A stretch of 64,000 nucleotides of DNA from Eledone cirrhosa (GCA_964016885.1 OZ024742.1:47492001-47556000); one strand, 5' to 3'; counted from the stretch's first letter, positions 16,072 to 29,930 are shown. Notes: generated by a model from the letters alone, not told the origin. Numbers and translations: made by a program.

Positions 16072-16780
16072 ATAACGTGACTTAATACCGTATTCTTTTT
16101 TTTAACTAAATTGCCTATAATTGAAATAAAAATTGATGCAGCAATTATTTACCATGTTACTAACAAACCAAAGCAAATATTTTTATTCCTTCTATGTTAA
16201 AGGATATGATATTAGTATTTTACCGTTTAGTACTGTCAGACATTTTATTAGCAGTTGATTTCACTATGGGGGCAAAGGTAAAAAACATTTCCTAACACGA
16301 TATGATTCTCACATATTCTTATCTAGATTATTCTGCAAAAATACGATCTGTAGTTTTGGGAAGAAATGGAATATAGACGCATGTTATGTCATGTATACTA
16401 TTTTCATGTTCTACCTACAATAGATGCAGATTTAAAGTTTTTTGTTTTGTATCTGTAAACATGAATATGTTCAAAGAATAAAAGAAAACGCTTCTCTTCT
16501 GATGTTGGCAGTATATCTATACGAAATATATATTATATAGAAATATATTTTCTCGAGGATTTTGTTTTCTGAAACAAATCACTAAAGATTTCCAGGAAAA
16601 TATGTTTATGTATTGTTTAGTTTTTATAGTGAGTATTATATTTTCTTCATATGTCGTCCGTTGGCGGAATAATGTAATTTTATTCATGTACATAACAAAT
16701 TTGCATACATAAACACATCTATATGTTGCAGATTACTTGCATAGACACACGTTTATACACACATAAAAATATATATACCA

Positions 16781-16840
<60 letters not shown>

Positions 16841-17056
16841 GTTAAAAATGTACATCTACATATGCATACTGAAATACTAGTATGCATATGAATACACGCA
16901 CGTATACATATGTAGATGTACCAAGTCTTTCACTGGTTACTTTACTGTGAGTAATCCAGCTATTCTGTATGTAAACACACAGACAAACCGGTTTTTAGAG
17001 TCATACTGGTTTTCGAGGAAACACCTTTCCTCTATTCTCCAGAAAGCCAGACAAGG

Positions 17057-17101
17057 AATATTGAACTAGTTTCGTTGTTGTTACAACTCATCAGCAATAT
17101 T
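17057..17101 (-). ncRNA. Minimal type I hammerhead ribozyme (mirror copy)
   Basis: Reverse complement of 17332-17376. Confidence 0.8.
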
Positions 17102-17331
17102 TACCTATCTACCGGCCTTTCTGGAGAATCGTAAAAGCACATATCGTTATATGCTTTTTCTATGAAAATTAGTAGTGGGCAGACTAATTTGCATAGAGTG
17201 TGAGTACGTACCGGTTCAACGGTACGTACTCACACTCTATGCAAATTAGTCTGCCCACTACTAATTTTCATAGAAAAAGCATATAACGATATGTGCTTTT
17301 ACGATTCTCCAGAAAGGCCGGTAGATAGGTA

Positions 17332-17376
17332 AATATTGCTGATGAGTTGTAACAACAACGAAACTAGTTCAATATT
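17332..17376 (+). ncRNA. Minimal type I hammerhead ribozyme
   Basis: AATATTG-CTGATGA-GTTGT aaca ACAAC-GAAA-CTAG-TT-CAATATT; palindromic CTAG stem III is typical of PLE minimal hammerheads. Confidence 0.8.
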
Positions 17377-17665
17377 CCTCGTCTGGCTTTCTGGAGAATA
17401 GAGGAAAGGTGTTTCCTCGAAAACCAGTATGACTCTAAAAACCGGTTTGTCTGTGTGTTTACATACAGAATAGCTGGATTACTCACAGTAAAGTAACCAG
17501 TGAAAGACTTGGTACATCTACATATGTATACGTGTGTGTATTCATATGCATACTAGTATTTCAGTATGCATATGTAGATGTACATTTTTAACTTAATTGT
17601 TTAAGCGTCAGTCATACAAAAGTGAGTTACAAACGAAACGAAATTTAATTTCGTTTCGTTATTCG

Positions 17666-17731
<66 letters not shown>

Positions 17732-17736
<5 letters not shown>

Positions 17737-18932
17737 ATAATATTAAATGTGAAGACTAAAATCCAAAGAGGGCTCGATAAGGATAAATATATATCAAATA
17801 TATAAGAACCGAACCAAAGTATCGTCTTCCTGTCTTCCTTTGCGCCGCTGAGGCCCTGGACATACTCTACGCCACAGACCACATCTTTAACAAAATATCT
17901 GAGGCAACTTCGGCTTGTAAACATAAATTGCACAAAACTTTCCTGTATTACAGCCCCACGTTATACCCTAACGGATAGTACTATCTATACGTGGATATTT
18001 TACGTCTTGATGTGGTAGCTAAGTATATGTTTTGTATATACCATTACTCAATTGCATAAGTAAGTATATATTACCTGCATGATTTGTGAAGATACGTATA
18101 CCTTCTCGTACGTATATTTGATTGTATATGTTATGGCGTATAATTTTATATATTCTGGTACATATGCTTTGGGTTATGTGTATACGGAAGTTTTGCTTCT
18201 GTGTGAGTATGCAGGTTCATACGTATGTAGGGTGTGTGTATATGTGTACTTCATGTTTTGGTTGACTTACGTCTCCGAACATTTGTGTATTTACATGTAG
18301 GTATGTGTGTGCGCTTGTTATATACGTATTTATTTATTTATATACGTTTATTTAATTATTTATTTATTTGTATCCACGCATACACACACACACATGCTTG
18401 TGTATGTACGTATTTGTATGCGTGTATGTATTTATTTAATTTCTATTACCTCTGTATTGTATCTATTTACTTTGTTCTTAACCCTGAAGCGGAGATTGAT
18501 TCGGTCTCCTAGGTAGAATTTGAGTCTACGACTTCTGCTATATAATTTACGTGGTTTTGTCTTTGCGTTCAATTGTTCTCCACGCTCCACATATGACGTA
18601 TTATCTTCGTTTTTTTTCGTTCATCGCCAGAGAACGTCTCTATGAACCACCTAAGAGAACATTAGTCTACGACCTCTTTTATACCATAAACGTGGTTCGC
18701 GCGTAATTGTTTTTCACCGCTCCTATTAATGACGTATTATATTCGTTTTCTCCCGTTCTTTGCCAGGGAACGCTTCCACGATTCCACGAACCAAAGTATC
18801 GTCTTCCTGCCTTCCTCCGTTTGCAACGTTTTTTGAAATATCCCCTTCTGCATTTACAGATTGATTTGTTAGTTTCAGAAGATCCCGTTAAGGGTGAAAG
18901 CAGCGATTCTTTGCTTAAACTTTAATCTGTTA

Positions 18933-18940
<8 letters not shown>
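17732..18940 (+). mobile_element. 5'-truncated copy of the Naiad-like PLE with an inverted pLTR terminus
   Basis: 17840-17965 matches the GIY-YIG C-terminus (CAAEAL..LYATDHI); 17965-18940 matches the pLTR; 17732-17810 is the pLTR end in opposite orientation. Confidence 0.8.
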
Positions 18941-19001
<61 letters not shown>

Positions 19002-19005
<4 letters not shown>

Positions 19006-22000
19006 TTGATAACTTTGATAGGTTTTGGCCAGTATTGGCCCAGGCCATGTCTAACTTAATAGCACCACCTGCCGAAGTCTTACAAATCAGTGTTTGGACA
19101 AATCACTCGAGCAGAGAGTTATTGTTTACGGAGGCATATCCGGGTGTAGGAGGCTTTTCCGGGATTTCTTGAAGGAATTTATCCAAAGACTTCTTGAACT
19201 TGATGGGGCCCATCTCTGCATTGATGTGTCTTGGTGTAATGTTAAAGAGTGCAGGGCAAATTGAGGTGAAATGATTGTGCCGTATTGTTGTTATGTGATG
19301 CGAGTGAAATTTGTGTCGTGGGCGGATAGCACGGGGCCCAAGCCTTGGGTGTGCACTAAAGGTAATGTCAACATCATTTGGGCAAAGCTGGTGGAATATT
19401 TCCCACATCATACAGATAATATAGCGCTCACGGCGACGTTGTAGAGAATAAAGTTTCAGCTTTTCTAAGCGACTCCAATAGTCAAGGCCTGTCATGCCAT
19501 CTATCTTTTTTGTAATTGACCTTTGGGGTGCTTCAACTTTCACAATACCTTCTTTCGTGTTTGGTGACCACACTGGACAACTGTATTCAAGGTAGGGTCG
19601 GGCAAAAGTGAAGAAGCGAAGGATAACAGTGTGGATATCTCTCGATTGGAAAGTTCTAAGAATTCAGGAACACATTCTTCGGGCCACATCAACTTTGCTG
19701 TTTATATGAGTGGCCCAGCATATGTTGTTGTCCACAATTACTCCCAGGTCTGTGATGTTATTGGATGCCACTAGAGTTTCACCCGAAGGAAGAGAGTATG
19801 GTAGTTTCAGGGCATCCCTTTTACCAAAGTGGATTAATTCAAATTTATCCTCATTCAACAGCATATTATTCATTTCTGCCCATTGGAAAACAGCCAGTAG
19901 GTCTGACTGAAGGCAAGTCCGGTCACCCACCTCATTGATGTCCCTTTGGAGCTTGGAATCATCTGCGAATATTCTGTTGTTGATGTGCTTGATGATGTCA
20001 GTAATGTCATTAATGTAGATGATGAAAAGAAGTGGGCCCAACACAGTGCCTTGTGGAACGCCACTGCTGACTTTGGCAGGGCTTGATTTTACTCCTTCGA
20101 CTACAATATGCTGGGTTCTGCCTGTCAGGAAACATTTGATCCACTGTAGTAACCTTCTCGAGACACCAACATTGGATAGTTTTTTCAGTAGAATCTTATG
20201 ATCAACCCTGTTGAAGGCCTTGCTGAAGTCAAGGTAGATGGCATCAGTGTTGGAGCCCTCTCCCAAGGCTCTCACAACATTGTCAAAGTGATGCAGGAGC
20301 TGCGTTAGGCAGTCCCTTCCATTACGGAACCCATGTTGTTTGGAGTTCAGCAGGCCGTTGCTTTCAAGAAAGTGGGTTATTCGTGATCTCACCACCCTCT
20401 CAAATACCTTGATAATATGAGAGGTGAGTGAGATCGGACGGTAGTTCACCGCAAGGGACTTATTTTCATTTTTGAAGACAGGGACAACGGACTGGGACAG
20501 AAGGTTTCCACGAATATAGCCAGTGTCCAGTGAGTTACTCCAGGGATTAGCAAGAGGAGATGGAAGTTGGTGTGGATACACCTTCAGGATACAAGCAGGG
20601 AACCCGTGAGTGCCTACTGCTGAATTGTGTTTAATTTCGTTTATTGCCGCTAAGACATCAGGTGCGCCAAACGTTATGTCTGATATAGTGTGTTGGGGTG
20701 AACATCACTGATACGGCCCAGATTGGCCATATCAGGATTGCTGAAAACAGAGCAGTATTGTTTCTGCAGTATCTCGCCCATGGTTTTGGCATTGTCCTGG
20801 AGTGTGCCATTTTCATCAACTATGGGGCCAACAGTGGAAACGGTGACCTTGTGTTTTTTAGCAAATGAAAAGAACACTTTGGGTTTGAGTTTGATTTTCT
20901 CAATGGCCCACCTCTCTTCATCTATTCTCTGGTTATTGATGATGGTCATCATGCATTGGTGGAGGTTATATTTTTTTGACTCAAGCAGGGTGATAGCCAT
21001 TGCATGTGTGTGTTGCTGTTGGCAGTATTTTAGTGTGTTAATCTTTTTGTTTGTTCTTTATAATTTTCTGATAATTGTTTTTCAGTTTTGGGGGATATAG
21101 TCATTCTGTGTGGATAGTCTCTAACGTAGTGAGTAGCGGCATATTTTGGGGTTTCTAGTATGTGTAGTGGCGGGGGCGGGGGGGGGGGGGCATACAGCTC
21201 CATAGATCTTTGTTTGAAAGTTTTTTTTACTATGGCATGGCTTTGGTGGTGATGTGGGGGAAGAAAGCATTAGTGGTGATGATGATGATGATGACAACTG
21301 TGGTGGTAGAGAGAGCAGTGGTCCATTACTAGCAGTCGATGTGGCAGAAGATGTTGATGTGGCAGAAGATGGTGACGGTGGTGATGGTCATGACGATAAT
21401 GATGGCTGAGTGAGTGGCTGAGTGATACTGTCATTCAGTAATTCAGCTATTATGCTTTAATTCAGTAGTGGTTGCTCCTGGCTTTCTGGCTGTTGTTGTT
21501 GTTGTGGCTGTTTCTGTTGTTGTTGTTGCTGTTGTTGTGTTTGCCCATTGGAGTAAATATGTCAAAGTTTTTCAAAATGGTTTTGAATTAGTTTGAAAGA
21601 GACTTCTACATGTTTTAGTTTGTTGTGTATCTGCTTAGCACCTCGTGGTAAATGTTTGAGCTGCTTTGTCAGAAATTTCATTCATGTATTGTTTGGGACA
21701 GAGAAAAACCATGTGTTTATTAAGAGGTCAAATTCATTTTCAGACCAATGTCGTCCGTTGTGGGCTTGGTGGTCAGTAGTCATATATATATATTTTTTTT
21801 ATTACGCTTGTGTGCGTTTTAAGATATTTGTTATTTGAAACGTGAGTGAGACTTTGGTTATTTGAAGAAATTAAAGAATCGTGTATATATATATATATAT
21901 ATATATATTCTCTCTTATGGATGTGAGTTTGGTTGTTTGAGGATGTTAATAATTTTTGGTTAATTGGTTGTTTGAAGATATCCAAGGAAAAACGAGTGTA

Positions 22001-22391
22001 TATAATAGTTTGTAGTTAAGAAGACTTACTTGCGAGTTTGTAAGGAAAGCCCGTGTATTTGTATATTCTTTTTCCTTAGGTGAGTGAGCATTTGGTTATT
22101 TGAAGATATTAAAGTAGCGTATATATAGATATGTTTTCTGTTTTATGGATGTGAGATTTGGTTATTTGGTTGTTTAAGGTTGTTAAAAGTTTATTTTAAT
22201 TGGTTGTTTGAAGATTTAAGAGAAAAACGATTGTATATAATAATCTGTAGTTAAGATCACGTACTTACGAGTGGGTAGGAAAAGCACGTGGTTACAAATA
22301 TATATGTTCGGTGAAATAGGCTTTAAAGCTGTGAAGCTGGCTACTGACTTGGTAGAGACCAATAATATAAACACGTCTGTTCACTTCAACA

Positions 22392-22393
<2 letters not shown>
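19002..22393 (-). mobile_element. CR1/L2-group LINE, degenerate, apparently internally deleted
   Basis: RT motifs NYRPISLTS, YLDFSKAF, GVPQGTVLGPLLF, FADD; C-terminal LYSLQRRRERY; 3' tail TATCAAAGTTATCAAAG; 5' end GAACAGACGTG; both ends in (TA)n. Confidence 0.8.
19103..21000 (-). pseudogene. LINE ORF2 reverse transcriptase, frameshifted (ORF pieces 20674-21000, 19664-20581, 19103-19573)
   Basis: Contiguous RT homology split across three ORFs. Confidence 0.85.
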
Positions 22394-22445
<52 letters not shown>

Positions 22446-22452
<7 letters not shown>

Positions 22453-23362
22453 GGTAAGAAACACAGTAAACCGTGTGTCTAAAATTACAAGGGTTGAAAA
22501 ACCACATTTGTTTGTAATATTTAACCAAGAAGCAGACAGAATGATAAAATATACAAACCGCCTCAATAACCATTATATCTCTCGGACAGATTATCCCTAA
22601 TCTGTTTCGCCCTGAGTGTGTTTGTAACAGATAATCCTGGGCTTCATCAGCGAGAGAATCTGATTAAATGCGACAAACACTATTTGCCAACGTTCACACA
22701 GAAAGATAAATTTGTCACCTCGTGCGCCGCTAGTCAAACGTGGTAAGCGTGTATTGAATAGAAATAACAGTCCAACACACACAAATTAATAAGCTCAACT
22801 TGTGAGGGAGCAGAAATATATATGAAAATTAGAGTTAAAACTCAAGTAGAACACTGTAACTATTAAGCTCAAAGTATAAATACTGAGCCGATTAATAATA
22901 TATAGTAAGAAACACAGTAAACCGTGTGTCTAAAATTACAAGGGTTGAAAAACCACATTTGTTTGAAATATTTAACCAAGAAGCAGGCAGAATGATAAAA
23001 TATACAAACCGCCTCAATAACCATTATATCTCTCGGACAGATTATCCCTAATAGTGTTTGTGGCATTTAATCAGATTCTCTCGCTGATGAAGCCCAGGAT
23101 TATCTGTTACGAACACACTCAGGGCGAAACAGATTAGGGATAATCTGTCCGAGAGATATAATGGTTATTGAGGCGGTTTGTATATTTTATCATTCTGTCT
23201 GCTTCTTGGTTAAATATTACAAACAAATGTGGTTTTTCAACCCTTGTAATTTTAGACACACGGTTTACTGTGTTTCTTACTATATATTATTAATCGGCTC
23301 AGATTTATACTTTGAGCTTAATAGTTACAGGGCTCCAATTGAGTTTTAACTCTAATTTTCAT
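22446..23362. mobile_element. Three-armed fold-back element (two minus-strand units plus one plus-strand unit) with hammerheads
   Basis: 22446-22601 repeats directly at 22895-23051; 23063-23362 is the inverse; flanked by (TA)n. Confidence 0.8.
23077..23156 (+). ncRNA. Type I hammerhead ribozyme with full stem III
   Basis: TCTCTCG-CTGATGA-A-GCCC...GGGC-GAAA-CAGATTA ggga TAATCTG-TC-CGAGAGA; predicted cleavage after C23149; mirror copy on minus strand at ~22578-22657. Confidence 0.8.
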
Positions 23363-23405
23363 ATATATATATATATATATATGAATGTATGTATGTATGT
23401 ATGTA

Positions 23406-24002
23406 TGTCAGGTCACCAGTTGGTGCTACTGGTAACATGTATTCCAGTACAACCTGTCTCATGGTCGGGTCGTTGGCGACTAAACTGGCAACCCCACCAA
23501 GGTTTCATGGTGAGGAGGGTGACTTTGGACTAAAAACAAAACCTGTCAAAGGGCAAAGGAGCTCTTAAAACTCAATGGTCATTCAAAATCACCGGGAGAG
23601 ATGACCCCTTAGCCTTTGTCAAGGCAGAATTCTAGGAGAAGGAAAACTCTGATATAACACCTGCAACCCTGATGGTATCCAATGATGTTGACTTGTTCTT
23701 CTTTTTGGTAAATATCATCTTGGTTAAGAGAGTGGGACTGGCTTTGTGCAGTGCCTTTGCTCACTATACAAGCTTCACGGCACAGGCATTGCTTTATATC
23801 TGGAGATCTCTCTGCACTTGTCCTCACATGGTACCATGGGCCCAGCACTATGTGTCAATAATTGTCACAAGTGTAGTGTTTGTACCAGAGTTTTCAAGTC
23901 GCTGGCTGGACTAAAAAGTCACACTCGTTCAGCGCTTCGGTAGGGGTTCTCCTACATGGATATAAAGTAGTGGCCGTACTCGAAAACGAGTTGGCAGCCA
24001 CC

Positions 24003-24073
<71 letters not shown>

Positions 24074-24672
24074 CACCAGTTGGTGCTACTGGTAACATGT
24101 ATCCCAGTACAACCTGTCTCATGGTCGGGTCGTTGGCGACTAAACTGGCAACCCCACCAAGGTTTCTTGGTGAAGAGGGTGACTTTGGACATCCTGCAGG
24201 ACTAAAAACAAAACCTGTCAAAGGGCAAAGGAGCTCTTACGAGTCAATGGCAATCCAAAATCACAGGCACAGATGACCCCTTAGACTTTGTGAAGGCAGA
24301 ATTCTAGGAGTAGGAAAACTCTGACACAACACCTGCAACTCTGATGGTATCCAATGATGTTGACTTGTTATTCTTTTTGTAAATATCATCTTGGTTAAGC
24401 GAGTGGGACTGGCTTTGTGCAGTGCCTTTGCTCACTATAAAAGCTTCACGGCACAGGCACTGCTTTATATCCGGAGATATCTCTGCACTTGTCGTCACAT
24501 GGTACCATGGGCCCAGCACTATGTGTCAATAATTGTCACAAGTGTAGTGTTTGTATCAGAGTTTTCAAGACGCTGGCTGGACTAAAAAGTCACACTCGTT
24601 CAGCGTATCGGTAGTTCTCCGACATGGATATAAATTAGTGGCCATACTCGAAAACGAGTTGGCAGCCACCAT
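23406..24672 (+). mobile_element. RTE-derived non-autonomous element, tandem copies 3 (23406-24004) and 4 (24073-24672)
   Basis: Near-identical to 2561-3200; separated by (TA)n; a 3' fragment in reverse lies at 24875-24942. Confidence 0.7.
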
Positions 24673-24712
24673 ATAATACATACATACATACATACATACA
24701 TACATACATACA

Positions 24713-24760
<48 letters not shown>

Positions 24761-24761
24761 A

Positions 24762-24792
<31 letters not shown>

Positions 24793-24821
24793 AACGGAAA
24801 AAATGAAACGAAATGTGTTGT

Positions 24822-24873
<52 letters not shown>

Positions 24874-25019
24874 ACATGGTGGTTGCCAACTCGTTTTCGA
24901 GTACGACCACAACTTTATATCCATGTAGGAGAACCCCTACCGATATATACATACATATATATTTATATAGTAATAAGAATATTTATATTTATATATGTTA
25001 GATATAACTATAAATATGT

Positions 25020-25773
25020 AGGGTAGTACTAAGTACTAGCCGATTACCGGTATGACAAAAGGCTCAATGCAAATTTTCAAGTGTTTTATAGAGCCGAGAT
25101 ACAAGGTGTTAAAACGATCAAATTTTACTTTAGAACATTTATTTGCTTACAATTGGTTCTTCCAGAGACTCAAAATTATCCCATGGTTAATAGCTGTGAA
25201 TAACAAACAACATATAGACATACATACGAACTACAACACCTAAATGAAAATCACATATCCAGCTCTATCCCGTGCTTTGAATTACACCTTAGATAACAAA
25301 TACCTACATTATCACCACATGCCTCTCTTACAATTTGCACACTATCTTAAACATTTATAACAATTATAAATGCTTTAACACCCCACACAAAATACGTTTA
25401 TTTCAACTGCATTATAACTCTTTCCTCATACATGCCTTATTGACTGTTTCGACTCCTGCATTATACACCAATTTTCTATGCTTATAACTTTATTGCCTGT
25501 GTTTATTTTTGCTTGAGATTTTTTTTGCTTGTGCTTTTACTTATATATATATATTACACTTACAACCAGTGCTGCCTGTAATTGTGTTCTTTCAAGCAGA
25601 ACATCTGTTTAACTCCTGACTGTCCACATGATACCTATGACACTAACAACAATTATGTACCCTAAATATTTCGACATTCCTTAGGCTCCGATGAAGGCAT
25701 ACTTCTCTCTGAAAGAAACAATTGTCAGCAAATAAATATTCTAAACTAAAATTTAATCGTTTTAACACTTTGT
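25020..25773. mobile_element. Old inverted-repeat element (arms ~25100-25168 / 25704-25773) with degenerate hammerhead
   Basis: Diverged reverse-complement arms; CCGATGA...GAAA-CAATTG-TC at ~25688-25726. Confidence 0.5.
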
Positions 25774-25797
25774 ATATATATATATATATATATAAAT

Positions 25798-25835
<38 letters not shown>

Positions 25836-25856
25836 GCATATATATATATATATATA

Positions 25857-26010
<154 letters not shown>

Positions 26011-26413
26011 TAGACATATATATGTACAGTGATTATATTTTCTTCCTTTAGTTTTATCTGCCTTCTTCCTCCTTGAGGCCACAGCTTAGCAATTCCACGT
26101 GTGGAGTCATGAGGGCATAGGCCCTCTCAGTTTCTCTTATTTTCCTCTATATCTTCGCCAAAGTCCGCAGAAAGCCATGGCTCTTCAAGGTCTCGCAATA
26201 ATTTTGGTTGGTGGTGACCCATCTGACAGGCTCCAACCTTTGATCAGCACCTCGAGTTCTATCTTCGTCTTATTTCGTTGCTTTCTATTTGCATTTCTTC
26301 TTTGTATGCAGTCCATTTCGCTGTAGAGGAGAGAGAGAGAGAGAGAGAAAGAGAGGGAAGGTTAACGAGAACGTTAGAGCGAGATAGAGAGAGAGAAAGT
26401 AGGGAGATGGTTA

Positions 26414-26486
<73 letters not shown>

Positions 26487-26875
26487 GGGGATTGAGAGAG
26501 CGTGAAAAATCCCAGGAGCGTGCGAGAGTGTTAGACATTCAAGGAGCGGTTAAGAGAGAAAGAGAGATGGGGAGATAGAGAGATGGGCAGAGGGAGAGAG
26601 GGAAAGAGACACAACGTGAAAGAAAACCAGCTACAGAGAGAGATGCTTAGTGACTTGCACAAACAATGTTAATTATAATTATTAGTATGCTTCTTTAAGT
26701 ATTATTCGAGACACTTCAAAAAACACGCGTTCACGAGAAAAATAAATATGAATAAATAAAAATGTAATGAAATTAAATAAATTAAAATTTAAATCGCGTG
26801 GATTCAAATAAATAGATAAATACTATGATTTTAATGATCATTTCTGTGAGTTTTAAATACTAGGTATCAAATACT

Positions 26876-26937
<62 letters not shown>

Positions 26938-27187
26938 AAAGAATAGAGGTGTAACACACAAGTTATGATATATTGTTAAACGGAAAAGAAAATGCTGACA
27001 AATTGTTCACAGTGAAAAATAGTTTAATTAGGAATAAGTGAGAATTAGTAATAGTATTGGTTAGTATTCATTTTTGGTTTTAATGTTTTACCGGATGCGC
27101 ATTTCTAATGCTTTTCAAAAATAATTTTGAGATAGAGCGTCCGTGATGTTTGCTCTAATCTGCATATATATCTATATATATATGTGC

Positions 27188-27246
<59 letters not shown>

Positions 27247-27264
27247 TGTGTGTGTGCGCACACA

Positions 27265-27462
27265 TAAGGAAGAAAGTGTGGTAAGAAACCAGGTGGACAA
27301 TAACGCACCTGAGTACTCGAGACGTAGGATAGTAGAATGGATAATAGGAAAAGAGTCAGGACACCGACGTCTGAGCACCGGCCATTTCGACAGCTAGATC
27401 TGTCTGTCCGATCTAGCTGTCGAAACGGCCGGAGCTCAGCTGTCGGGGACCTGGCTCCTTTT
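27265..27462. mobile_element. Short fold-back relative of the 6527-7345 family
   Basis: Hairpin 27345-27462 centred on CAGCTAGATC-tgtctgtcc-GATCTAGCTG; left tail homologous to the reverse of 7271-7345. Confidence 0.65.
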
Positions 27463-28712
27463 CTATATATATATGCGTGGATATGGGCGTGTGTTTGTGT
27501 GTACATATACATCTATATTATTTAGATGAATTCAATTATATTCACTTTTCTGTATGTATGAAGTTAAATGGAAGGTGTTTGTGTCAATGTTATACACTTC
27601 ATACAATTTATCTATATCCAATATTTTGTTGTGACCACTGAATGTTCGCTTGACATATTTGTTCTGAACATTTCATATTTCAAATAGTCATGTTTGTCTT
27701 CTACCAAGAGAGTTTGTGGAACATAGACTGCCGACCTCTGTCAACAACACAAAGAAAATATGTCGTAGAATTTTATATTTCATCACAAAAGACTTTCTTT
27801 TCTGACTAAACTAGGCAAAACATTATTATAATGAAACAAGTAGAAACATCGACTATCAAATTAAAAGAAAGGGATAGTTTTTGCTTGTCACCAAATTATT
27901 TACGTATACACGCACATCAGCAAAATAATTACCAAAATATAAATATGTTTAACAAAGCTAATTATAATATTCATATGAATTTATGTATCCCGGTCGCATT
28001 GGTTTCGCCGATGAATGCGACAGTTTTTCGATCAACAAATCTGAATCTTTTATTCACATTTTGAGTTTGTACAACTTTACATAATCACTAAACCTATTTT
28101 AATCTCGCAGAAACATTATATGTGGCATATTTCGCACATTAAATCAACATACGACAAACTCCGGAACTGTCAAATCTCCCCGTTTGGCGGGGTCATCTCC
28201 CACTGTCTTCTCTTGTGAAAATGGGTATAGCTTTCATTATATAAATTATCCCTATTTTCCCCCTCATTTCTCCCCGTTTTGGGAGCATTTTATTTTTTCA
28301 TGGTACTCTCCGTTTGTATTTTTAGACGTTGGTTTGTCTGACACTTAATCAGCCTTTCTCTCTAAATTATTTTATTTACAAGTAATTGTTTCATAGACTA
28401 ATTGCATTCGATGCGCCTCACAGTTTTGTCAAGATCGGTCCCTCCATTAAGTACTGAACATTATATAACACTGTAACAAAAATAAATCGACTATTACAAC
28501 TTTTAACAATGTGCGAAAGTGATGCGATATCTAAATATTGGTATTTCTCAGTAGCAGTTAGTATGTTTAATAGCCATTAATGTAATGTATTTGTGCATGA
28601 AATCTAAACTCCTAATAGCGATGCACGTATGCTGTAGTGACATGGGCACGTTTTAAATCTGGCACAATACATCATTTCACCAGGTCTGAGCAGCAATGAT
28701 TCTTCCAGAGAA

Positions 28713-28790
<78 letters not shown>

Positions 28791-29740
28791 TGGGGGGGGG
28801 GGAGAAAGAGGAAGTAAGGAATGTACAACGAAAAAGGAAAACCTCAAATTGATGAAAGACAAAGGTGAAATTTGATCTCAGAAAGCGCAAAACGCCGAAA
28901 TTATTACCGCAAATTAGTTTATCCAGTGTTCTAACGATTCAGCGAATTCGCCGTCGACAATTGTGTAATATACATCAAGCCGAGAATTTATTTATGGAAT
29001 ATATCATGTAAATAGAGGTTAATAGAAAAAGAAGAAAACAAATTTTTGATTGAGAAGAAATTAACGGAAAAGGGGAGTGAATGACAAGGGCTCTAATGTC
29101 ATAGAAGAATGTGGAACGGAGAGGGGGATTTGATTAGGCTCTGGGCCTAGGATGTTGCTGTAAAGGGACTGCGCACTATGGACAAGACCACAAAAGCATT
29201 CCCGCGGACACTGGCCAAAAACACCCGCTGTAACAGCCAACCCTACAGTTGTAGCAATTCTAGAGCGTAACTATGTGACAGTATACCTATGTGACAGTAA
29301 AAAACCTTAATACAATGTCTAAGGTACATTCTATCTACTCTGTATGACACAAAATTCGTACAAAGGAAAATTTATACATGGTTCGAGATTCTGCTGAAGA
29401 GAGCGTAAAAGGAATGCTCCGCAGGAGAAGATATCCCGTAGGTCTCTCTACAGAAACTTGTAGAGGTGTTGTCAAAGAGGACCTACAGTCTCAATGAAAT
29501 GCGGAGGTCCCGGATTACTTCAAATGGAGTTTTATGTTGTATTTAATGGTTTGAAATAAATGTTTTATCTGTTCTTGTCAAAAAATGAATAATGTAGACG
29601 AAAATAAAAAGGGGGTAAAATAGGCTTTATTTATTAGCTTTATTTAGTTAACCAGGATACAATTATTTTAACCCAATTTGACTGACTACCGATGACAAAA
29701 CAAATACTTTCAAAAGTATATCATTATTTCATACCATTAA

Positions 29741-29930
29741 GGGCGGTGGATTGGCAGTATCGGGAGAGAGTCGGACACCATGCTTTGAAGCATAGAGTTA
29801 CATCCCTTTATGATCTGAGTTCAAATCCCGCCGAGGTTAACTTTGCCTTTCATCCTTATGGGGTCGATAAAATAAAGAACCAGTAATGTACTGGGTAATT
29901 GCTGGCCTTGTGCCTAAAATAGAAACGATT
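29741..29930 (+). mobile_element. tRNA-derived SINE with 18-bp target-site duplication
   Basis: SINE sequence flanked by ATTATTTCATACCATTAA at 29723-29740 and 29928-29945. Confidence 0.85.

Larger units (their letters stand above)
16834..17670. mobile_element. Near-perfect ~765-bp palindrome (arms 16834-17213 / 17220-17598) with hammerheads and one-sided tail
   Basis: About three differences seen between arms; 6-nt loop GTTCAA; flanked by (TA)n. Confidence 0.85.

Noticed and set aside
28150-28340. Small hAT-like MITE
   Set aside because: Only weak, degenerate terminal similarity and no TSD
29390-29480. CTGAAGA...GAAA hammerhead-like match
   Set aside because: Stems II and III cannot be closed convincingly and there is no fold-back context
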